The notes under the pieces are model-generated. The model had not been told where the DNA came from. It worked only from the letters and a program-made list of their open reading frames with translations, and did not search any database. DNA of 64,000 nucleotides. Origin: Magallana gigas (Eukaryota). Shown here one piece after another: positions 1 through 9,900 of the stretch. How positions within the stretch are numbered: the first letter of the stretch is position 1; each line of letters begins with the position of its first letter. Made by a program: the position numbers and the translations under genes. The stretch spans positions 28,768,001 to 28,832,000 of the forward strand of contig NC_088859.1 in NCBI RefSeq assembly GCF_963853765.1, written 5' to 3'.

Positions 1-1085
1 TAAACCAAACATTTGCATAATCTTGTGTAATTATTAACCCTAAGGGTGTGTATAATGAAATTGGTCATATAGGTTGACAAATTTTAGATGTGTATTGACA
101 GGGCGGAAAAAAGTATATATATTTTCTGTACATGAAGTAAAGTACCATACAATCAATACCGTATGTGTTTTGTAATGTAATGTGCAGAAATCACAATGCT
201 ATAATCTATATAAAGATTAGTGATATTGTAATGACACAAAGTCTTCATTTAAAAGAATTTGAAATCTAATCTTTATGCAAAAGTATAGAAATGTAAACAC
301 TTTTAAGTAGCAGTAACTATCTCTGTAAATTAGCTTTAAAGGATCTTTACAGAAAATTCAGCTTTTTCAAAGTTTTTTACTAAGAGTGGAAATTTTGAAA
401 ATTCATTAATAACAAAATAAAAGATTTCTTTAGTTTTGAATTCCTAGAATTGAGCTTAATATTTTCAAAACTCTGGAAAAATTATTATTCACCTTAATAA
501 TTTAATTTTCTGTATACTTGTCTAATTTGTTTCCGAATTCAAAAAAAAAAAACATGATAAAGAAATATAATGAATATACTTACTTGTCTTTGCTGAATCA
601 TTATATAATTATAAATGTCTAACTTTGAAATAAAAAGTGATCCGTCCTTTCACAATATCCTCAGAGAAATTGAAACTTTAATGTTAATACAGGTATATTT
701 TATGGACCCCATGCAGGTAAACATCAAATCTTGTGCACATAGTAAAGTTTCAAGACTCCATTGTAAAGTGTGATTAGATAATAGTGAGATGTTGATATGC
801 ATTCAATGCCAAAGAAAGTGGGAGAGTTTTAATCATTGTATTGGGGCTATTTGAGCAATGTAGTTGGGTTGTTCTTGTTAAACATACCTGAAAGGAACCA
901 AAACCTGTACATATTTACATAGTTTTCTTGAGTAAATAATCCAATATTTAAAGCAATTGCATCTGATAAAATATGGGCTGGAACTCCAATTTATTGATTA
1001 CAAGTGTCCAAGAGAGATATTCAGGTTGCCCAGGTACACAGTGTGTATACTGTTGGTTACGGATATTGAAGTAACATATGTTTTG

Positions 1086-1096
1086 GAGCGGAAGTG
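1086..1096 (+). promoter_or_regulatory. ETS-type motif GAGCGGAAGTG just upstream of the TEX47-like ATG
   Basis: CGGAAGTG core at 1089-1096. The same 10-mer GAGCGGAAGT occurs at 12841-12850 upstream of METTL14. Motif match only. Confidence 0.25.
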
Positions 1097-1126
1097 AATG
1101 AGAGTGGTCTACTTAAATTTCCAAAT

Positions 1127-2823
1127 ATGGCTGAAGGTCAGGATTTATCCAAGATGGATGCCTCAGAGATAGATATTGCTGAGGATGAGTCTGATGGTCA
1201 AAAATCTCCCACAAGTCGCAGGAAAAAAGTGAAAAAAGTCTCCATAGTCAAATCCAAGAAACAAACAGACAAGAGATTTGATTGGCCAAAAAAGAGTTAC
1301 TTTGAAATTCTTTGTCAAGAGGGAAATGAAATGGTTAGGATAAATGGATGCTGAACTAATTAACTTGTTTCCAAAGGGGTTTTGCTGGAAATTAATGTGT
1401 TTGTTTTGATAGTTTTACCATTTATTAATGGTGCATTAATTTCTTTTACAGAAAAATCTTGTGCACAGAGTTGTAATCATTGGAAAACTGAAGGAGGATG
1501 CAGATAGGAGTGAAGTTGGAAGTAAGTGAGAATAAATTTACTCATACTCATCTTATGTTAAAATCAAAAAAATATTTTTTGAACTGTAATTATGTATTGA
1601 AAGTATACAACGTAACACTGCTTGATCTTTTTATATTAGCTAGTAAAAGAGAAATAAAGAAACCCATGTTTTCATGCAATGCTAATAGTAGCTCATTAAA
1701 TTTGAAGAATTTATAAATTAATTAACGGTTATTCATGCTTGCTGGTTTAATAATCATAAAACTGACATGATGCGTTGTAAGTTTTAAAAATTACTTACTT
1801 TTGGAACTTATTTTAGACTATCATGAGCAACTCTTAAAGAATCTGCAGAATACGAACCAGACAGAGCCAATCACCGGCCTCCTATTGGTCTACATGAAAC
1901 ACCTGGTCCATGTCATGGAGGTCAGTATGTCACATGACCATTCCTTTCTCTTTCTTTCTGTATGCCTTCTATGTACCATTCCCTCCTCTCCCCCCCCCCC
2001 CCCCTCCAAAAAAATAATAACTATTGAATTTCATTGATCAGTCTGATATTTGAAAAGTTTATCAAAGATACAATAGTTCACCAATAAATTCATTAAAAAA
2101 ATAAAATGAGCCTTATTATTTGTTTTACCTTCTCTATATATACTTTCTAACAGTGTTCAGCTGATGCAATCATGGCTGTGGTTCGGGACATGAAGGAGAG
2201 CAAAAGCTCAACAAAAGGATTCCTGGAAAATTCGAAAATTTTAGTGATTTCTCATGACATTCAGAACCGTTTGTACCAGCAGTGGAGTTTCAGACAGTTA
2301 GACATTGTAGCTGCACGCATCGAAAGCATTGATTCTAACGAATCGACAGATAAAGTAGTGATAGACCTTGTCACCCAGCTACTGAAGCTGGGCAATGCAC
2401 TGGCCAAAACACCCAAAGTAAGTCACATGATCTAAAAGATCGGAAAAATAAATTTGATTGATAGTTCTTAGATATAGAGTGCATAGATTTTAGCTTTATT
2501 TTTTAATGTACATTTACATTGTATTTCATATATCTTTAATTAATTCTTAAGCTAAAACTTACATAATTGTCAAATAATTTATAATTATTCTTTGTTATTT
2601 TTTAGTTAAATTTGAAAAATGTTATGGACTCTCTACATGAAAAGCTTCCTGACCTATTANNNNNNNNNNNNNNNNNNNNNNNNNNNNNNNNNNNNNNNNN
2701 NNNNNNNNNNNNNNNNNNNNNNNNNNNNNNNNNNNNNNNNNNNNNNNNNNNNNNNNNNNNNNNNNNNNNNNNNNNNNNNNNNNNNNNNNNNNNNNNNAGA
2801 GATAATTTATTTAAGAGAGACAC

Positions 2824-2859
<36 letters not shown>

Positions 2860-5800
2860 GAGCACGCAGTCATGTCCTTTGTGGTTTTTTTTCTAAACAA
2901 TGATTTTTTCCCTGGCTGATTTTATATTTTAATTATAAATTCAATATTTCTTATGTTAGCTGTCCTGCATTACTTGATGGAGGATGAAGACCCCTGCATG
3001 ATAACACTAGAAGAATACATTAATCTGGAGGAACAGCCATTTGATGTGGTTCTCGAAAGTGGTAAGTTCTGGGATTCAAAGTCCTATCTGTGATGCTTCA
3101 TGTGTGAAATCAGTATGCTGTAAAATAAAATTATAAGCTTTGAACATAATATTTTGAGAAATTTATTGCTTTATTTAAAAAAATGTGTTTTCTTTTGCCC
3201 TGCTACTGTTGTTCCAGTCCTTGCATGTTATTTATGAAAAATTATTTTGATAACTATAAATTTATTCATGAATTTACCCCAACTGCATGTTTCCTATTTT
3301 AAAAAAACCCCAAATTAATCAGTAAATGAGATGTACACGTTTGTACTGTCATTCTGTCCAAATTATCTACTTTATACATATTCTATTGATTTATACATGT
3401 ACTCTGTAAAAGTTCATCATCAGAAACCCACAATGTAGTGAGGAATGAAGCATATTATCTTACAAATGTGTGTTTCGATCTGCAATAATACCTTAAGTTT
3501 ATTTTAAATTTTGTATGAATGAATTAGAAACTCTATCAAATTTGACCAGCTTTTATTTTGGAAGATATTTGACACTTAAAGAGACTATTGAGAGGCCATG
3601 AATGATAAATGTGTACATATTGAATTGAGCCTGGTTATTTTTAACTCAAATGAAATTTCCTTTCACATGTACATGCGTTTGTGCTCAGATGTACATGTTT
3701 TTAACATACCTTAATTTGCTTAATATTTTGTCTTTTTCTCATTACAGAAGGTAACTGCATGTTTAATTAATTTAAAAGTATCTTGTAATAATACAAAAGT
3801 GTTTAACAGTTCTGCACCAAGTTATCTTGATATCAATTATCAAATAATTTAAATAAGCTTTTAGAGTTCAAAATCATTTTTTTAATTTAGGTGAAATAAA
3901 TTGAAAGATAAATTTAGGTGAAATAAATTGATAGATAAATTTAGGTGAAATAAATTGAAAGATTACTTGGTGTGCTGGTTCACTTTTAAATCACCATTAA
4001 GTTGTCTACTGGTACCATAGAGAGCTTTGAATGTCTCGATTCACAAGAAAAGAAGGGTCGGAGTATTAAATTCTGTTCAGGATCTTTATGTTTCATGAAA
4101 CAGCTTACGCTGAAGATCAAATTTTTTTTCTCCTTATTTGCCTTTACTTTCAATACTTCTTAATAGTACCGCAAATTTGCTTCTCAAGAGGTTTTTTGTT
4201 ACCAGCTTTTTAAAAGATTTACTGAAATCCAAAAACAGAAAAAAAAATTTGGCTGCTATAAGTTATTTTTGTTCAATTGGGACCTGCATGTTTTCAGGTG
4301 AAGTACACTGGCATATAAAGATGGATTCTAAATTATCTGCTCTTTGCTTGACCTTTTGAATTTGCATGCATCTGTACATTTTACGATGAATACGGGTTTG
4401 TGCCAATTATTGGACATTCAGAGTTCTCCATTAATGTAACTTTTTATGATAATAAGATTATATCTACCAAATCCAAGTTTGAAATTTTGAGCACTTTTCA
4501 CAGTACGCACTATATACATGCTGGTCATCAAAATGTACTTACAAAGTCAAAATGATTCTAGTTTTAATTACTGGGCATATTCTATTGCTAACTGTGGTTG
4601 TTAATTGTCCAATACATATAATAGTAATGTCAAATACATGTTTTAGTAAACTTTTAAACTTGTTTGAATTCTTCTTTGAAACTACGTACAGTCATGCAAT
4701 CATGTCTAAATTTGGCATCTAACATATATAGGGAAAGGAGAACATGTGAATTGTGAAACTCATGTTCTCACTCTTAAGAGGTCCCATAATTTGGATAAAA
4801 TCTGTTAAGAATAATTTTTTTAAAATATTCATCTTGGAGCTACTCCTTTGCTCTTTCATTTCTCAATACGCCAAACTGTTTTGAATACATATATCGGTAT
4901 TCCCCATACTCACCTTCTCTCCCTTTTTTTTTTAAAAACCTAAACCTATGGATGATTACAATTGTGGCCAGTTAGATAATCACTAGAGTGACAGTGCCTC
5001 CAAAGGTTTTCATCCCCCTTCCCCTCCTACAAATATATGGATCCTCCACAAGACTGTCTTACAAGTACCGGTATACTTGGGTGACCATTAAGGCCCACAG
5101 ACCTCTTGTACATTTGTCCAAAGAATCATTAGACTAGTATTAGCCTCTATTAGGTGATACAATATATACCTAGTCTATCACCTTTGTTTGCCGATAATAC
5201 CTAGTCAAATCAATCTCAACATTTACAAATTTTATAAATTTTAATTTACTGATATTAGAAAAAGAATATTTTTTGTTCTGTTAAAAAAATCAAAATAATA
5301 CTAGTATGAATCTTGGATTAAAACATAGATTGGTAATCCTTAATTCTTTAATTAAATTTCAGTAATGTTACAGTGAATTTTTTTTAGCAAGATCAGCATG
5401 TCTATTGTGTAAAAAAAAATATTATTGGTGGTGGCCATCTTTATTCCAATTAAGGCAGAAATACATGTAAACCTCCCCAGAAAACAATCACTCCATGTAC
5501 CCTTGTTTTAGCACCCGATTCACTGGACGTTACTTTATATGGTACTGGTATGTCACTATGGTTACCGTCTATGCATGTCACCACTCAATATCCTCCAAAG
5601 CATGGTTCTGGGTTGCATTTTCTGCATTTAGTGAAGTGCATACACCTTGCATGAATTTATTGTCTTTTTTTTTTATTACAGAAGTTACTAAATTGAGAAA
5701 AAAAAGTCTGTGATATTATCATCTTATATCTATGCACTCAATTCATGATTTATCTAAATTTGTTATTTTCTATCTTAAAATTGAAAGATCAAAAATCAAC

Positions 5801-6001
5801 TATCCTGAAAACTCTTGGTCAGAAATATATAAACTTCTGTAAAGTAATACTTTCATTTTTGAATTATTACTTACTGGTAAAGAAAAGATTTAACTTAAAT
5901 TCAATGTACGTATACATGCATCTTCATTTACATTTCTTTATTTGTTTTCTCTTTCAGAGTTAGTTTGGCCTCTTCCCACCAGGCTATTCCCATACAAGTA
6001 G
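1127..6001 (+). CDS. TEX47: TEX47 (C7orf62)-like protein with BLUF-like fold, 7 coding exons, about 285 aa
   Basis: Phase-compatible GT-AG exons: 1127-1333, 1452-1521, 1817-1920, 2154-2417, 2606-(runs into N gap at 2660), 2960-3061, 5958-6001 (TAG). The spliced protein includes KNLVHRVVIIGKL, EPITGLLLVYMKHLVHVMECS, SKILVISHDIQNRLYQQW, LHEKLPDLL and FDVVLESELVWPLP. These are colinear with recalled human TEX47 ([64 protein letters not shown]). The end of exon 5 is hidden in the gap. Confidence 0.82.
2660..2797. other. Assembly gap (N run) interrupting TEX47-like exon 5
   Basis: Run of N. A (GA)n tract follows at 2827-2854. Confidence 0.99.
2827..2854. repeat. (GA)n microsatellite
   Basis: Directly visible. 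Confidence 0.95.
3884..3963. repeat. 27-bp tandem repeat x3 (AATTTAGGTGAAATAAATTGAAAGATA)
   Basis: Units start at 3884, 3911 and 3938, with one substitution in unit 2. Lies in TEX47-like intron 6. Confidence 0.93.
5079..5110 (-). mobile_element. Terminal fragment of a Helentron-type non-autonomous element
   Basis: Reverse complement reads ACAAGAGGTCTGTGGGCCTTAATGGTCACC, resembling the recalled ACAAGAGGCCC...GGCC...TCACC 5' end of bivalve Helitron-N2/HINE elements. The other end was not found. Confidence 0.4.
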
Positions 6002-6032
6002 ACAACTCCACAGAAATTTTGAATACTGACAC

Positions 6033-6038
6033 AATAAA
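6033..6038 (+). terminator. Candidate polyadenylation signal of TEX47-like
   Basis: AATAAA about 30 nt after the stop codon. A second AATAAA lies at 6258-6263. Confidence 0.4.
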
Positions 6039-6233
6039 TGAAAGACATGATAACATCCTGGGACCAAAAAAAAATACCAACTTGGAATGAACAAGACAGG
6101 ACATTATTTTTTTTCATTGTTATTTTGTTTAAACGTTTATACTTCTTATTTGTCTGTACTGTATTTATGACATTAAATTTTTCTGTAAATATCAGATATT
6201 CTTCATTTAATTACACCAAGATGGACACACTCG

Positions 6234-6386
6234 CACCCGACGTTATATTTTTCTCGTAATAAAAAATATATACATGTACTCTCTACCTAATAATATTAGG
6301 TAATGGATATTTATTTTTCAATTTATTATATAATATTAGGTAGAGGTATATATATTTTATTGTGAGAAAATATTTAACGTCAGGTG
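6234..6386. repeat. Imperfect inverted repeat (arms about 55-60 bp), probable decayed MITE
   Basis: Left arm CACCCGACGTTATATTTTTCTCGTAATAAAAAATATATAC...CTCTACCTAATA pairs with right arm TATTAGGTAGAGGTATATATATTTTATTGTGAGAAAATATTTAACGTCAGGTG. Confidence 0.7.
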
Positions 6387-6590
6387 TCTTTGGGTGGATC
6401 TATTATATTATATTAAATTTAATATTTCACCAAATGTTGAACAAGATGGGAAATAATATATTTACTGACATATTTATGCCAATCATGCTGGCACTGTGCA
6501 AGTAGTAAAAATTTCAAAATGCAGTCAGCAGAGTTTTTCATTGATGGGAGATAACTTTACTACAAAAATACCATATTTCCTAAGTCTGAT

Positions 6591-6668
6591 CATCTTCGCT
6601 AGCCAAGGGTTTTCGGTCCACATTTATGGGGAGCAAAGTGGACTGAAAACCCTTGGCTAGCGAAGATG
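6591..6668. mobile_element. 78-bp hairpin MITE, copy 1, with 9-bp TSD
   Basis: 31-bp stem CATCTTCGCTAGCCAAGGGTTTTCGGTCCAC / GTGGACTGAAAACCCTTGGCTAGCGAAGATG with one G-T pair. Flanks AAGTCTGAT and AGGTCTGAT match at 8 of 9 positions. Second copy at 62426-62502. Confidence 0.88.
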
Positions 6669-6833
6669 AGGTCTGATAAACAATAACAGTTAGTAGATTG
6701 CAAATTTAATTTCAGATGAAAAAATATTTTGACAACATGTACAATATCAAACAAATAATGATACAGTATATGATTTAGCAAAGATCATATTTTCCTAGAA
6801 ATGATTCAATAGCATAAGCATTTTGATTAAATT

Positions 6834-6839
6834 TTTATT
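6834..6839 (-). terminator. Candidate polyadenylation signal of METTL14
   Basis: TTTATT on + (AATAAA on -), about 150 nt past the stop codon. Confidence 0.4.
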
Positions 6840-6989
6840 TTCTAAACTTATGTTTGCTGCTTTCCTCTTTATGAAAAAAAAAACAGTTCACAAAAATACC
6901 TACATGAAGTATAAAATACTGTATAAAATTACACTGTGTTCAATAAGCAAAAAAAATGCAACAGATTTCCATGGCAAATAAAAACACAG

Positions 6990-9900
6990 TTATCGATCGC
7001 CTCCCCTCCCTTTAAAACCTCCTCTAGATCTTCCCCCTCTTGAAAAAGACCCACCTCTTGAACCAGAAAATGAATGGCCACCACGTGAAAAAGATCCCCC
7101 TCTCCCCTGCTGGCCCCCTCTGTTCCCAGACCCTGACCCCCGGTTGCCAGACCCTCCCCTGGAGCCTGACCCCCCTCTACCACCCCCACGCCCATCTGAG
7201 GACCCACCCTGACCCTTATTTTTGGGTGTGGGTGACTTTGGTCGAAGTCTCTCAATCTCTTCAGAGCATCCCGTCAGGAAGTCGTTGGGATTTTTGTTAA
7301 AGTATCCAGAATACACATTGGCATCGAAGTTTGAACTTGTCAGCTCTGGCCCCACGGTCAACCACCCAGCTCTGATCGTGTCATCCCGCCCAAAGACGTG
7401 GAGACGACGTTTGCCGAGACAGAAATGCTCCATGATGTGAAAGATTTCCACTGGTTTGCTTTTGCTGCCGTACTCAGTCTCTTCATCTATAATCAGATCA
7501 ATGTCCACGTTGGCGTGGATGAAATCTCCATCAGTGCTTCTTTTCACTGTTCCCTTTATTCCCATCAAACAATGTTCCTATAATACATAATGATCACTAT
7601 ATACTTGTCATCTCATATTATTAGTAAAATCGAGTCTAGAATAGATTATCAAAATGCCATTGAAACAGAAACACCCGTCTATTAGACCTAAAAAAACAAT
7701 CTACCTTAAGCTTGTTTGAAATCTCACTTTTTCAATGCTACAAAGTTTTTCAACATCTATCGGCTGTGTTACAATTGCATGTAACAAGGGACTTTCAGTT
7801 TGTAAAAAATTATTGATTTTTTTTTTTTTAAGAAGTTCTGACATGTTCATCTAAAGGATTAAACACACGTTACTTTCAGCTTGTAAAATATTACTGGATT
7901 ACATTTTTGGTGAAGTTCTGACATGTGCATCTAAAGAAATAAACACACATTGCTTTCAGTTTGTGAAAAATTATTGAGTTATTTTTTAAAAGAAATTCTG
8001 ACGTGCATCTGAAGGAATGAACACATCCTGAGATTTTGATGTATATTATCTGTACGCTACCTTAGTTCTCTGTAGGACAGCAGAGGGATCCAGGGCCCTC
8101 TTCTCCAGTGGGTTTTTGATGTTGGTTTTAATCCAACAGATGTCTTCACATCGCCGAAATCCCCATTTTTTCAAACACTGAAAACACACACCATAGGCAG
8201 TGTAAAAACTATGATACCAAGGTAGCCAAAAGTTGGCTGAATACTGAATTGCAAGTAATGTTTTCAGAAGGATTTAAATTAACTAGTTTGAATTTAATGA
8301 GTGTGCACATAAACATATAATGGTATATAAATTGAACTGCGCAACTCTTTGGTTGATTTAATTTATTAGAAAGCTACAATTTAGATCTGTTGGGAATTTA
8401 TTTTACCTTTCTTCCCCTCTCAAGTCCATCTGCATTCCCACACCAAATCCACAGGAAGGATCTCTGGGCAGCCACGGCGTGAATATTCAGATTCTCAATC
8501 TGATTACAAAACAATATTTATTGGTCAAAGTTATTAAATTTTCGTGAACAATATAAAAGAAAAAAAAATCTGTACATAAGTGAATAAAAATATCTTCAAT
8601 TTCGAGACATGGCAATTTTTTTTATTTATTTTGATCCTTTATATTGGTATAATCATTCCAATAAAGCAGAAGCATTCATATTTCCTCCATTAAAAGCATT
8701 TTAAGGGAGATAACTCTCAAGCTCATATGAACATTGCGATCAAGCATCTTTGCAAAATTTAATAAATGATGAAAGAAAATAGTCATGCAACTTTGCATAC
8801 TTATTATTTTGCCACTTATTAATATGAGTGTATTCAATTTGGCTGCATAATCTTATCTACTTATAATTTTTGACATAAATCAGCTTCCACTATATCAAAT
8901 ATAATGCTATTAATAATGTTATGCACTTATTTACTAATACAAAAATTCAGAAATGCGCAAAATCTAAAATAGACTAACAGGTTGGAAAATCAATTTTTGC
9001 CAGATATCATAAGCACTGAATATAAAATGTCTACAGTATATTTATATACCTCGTCCCAGCTCCAGTACTTGTCATAGACTGCCCCTGACCTCTGGTATTC
9101 CTCCAGAGGGGGCTCTATCAACATGACGTCAAACTTGCAGCCAATCTCACTCAGGTCAAACTCCTGAAGGTCACACTTTAAGTACCTGAAATCAAGAGGA
9201 AGATTTATTGCAGACAATAGATTTAGTGTTCCTTTAATTCTATTTAAATGCTAACTTTTTTCTGAAAATTTGTGTTCCATTTTCAATGGCTTCTTGATTT
9301 AGAATACATGTACCGGTACATGCACATGATACATATGTGTATCATAGAATATCATACTGTTGTTTTTAAACTCAATCCAAGGTATCAGCTGAGTGAATGG
9401 TATTTGCCCAAGTCTATAAAACACAAGGGCTAATACCAAGGCCAAAATCAAACAACAGTGTAATGTTCATATCATATACCGGTACCTGAAACCAAAAATA
9501 TATCAGTACATGTATTCTTAATATCAAATACAAAATGTGATTTATTAAAGAAGTAATAAATATACTTATTTTGCAGTACATTCAAAACTCATTTATTTTT
9601 ATGCTTTATAAATGTGTTTGGCTTTAAAAGTTGTGGGACTCGGTTATTTGACAAACCATTGTAATTTGATGTTAAGAAAGGGGTCAGTGATGACACATTT
9701 TTGATCCACTAGAATTCAAATTTATGTAAGAAAAATTCTATCCTATGGTCAAGATCTAGAAAATGTTTTCAGAGTGTCTTTTTGGTGCTAGAATCAATAC
9801 ATGTATTGTATGACGTTATAATTGATTTGAAGAATATTTTCCCGTCCTTTACAGCTTTAAAGGAATTATGTAGAAAGTTTAAGAATTTCAGGACATTCTA

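Noticed and set aside
2602-2903. ORFs spanning N runs (also 37952-38188 and 54495-54812)
   Set aside because: Their length is an artefact of the gaps. Only 2606-2659 is supported, as a TEX47-like exon.
6635-6646. DRACH (GGACT/GGACC) sites in the MITE stem as METTL14 autoregulatory m6A sites
   Set aside because: The pentamer is too common to be informative, and the MITE may lie outside both 3' UTRs.
6929-7583. Alternative-frame and antisense ORFs over the METTL14 last exon
   Set aside because: By-products of the GC-rich RGG coding sequence, with no independent support.
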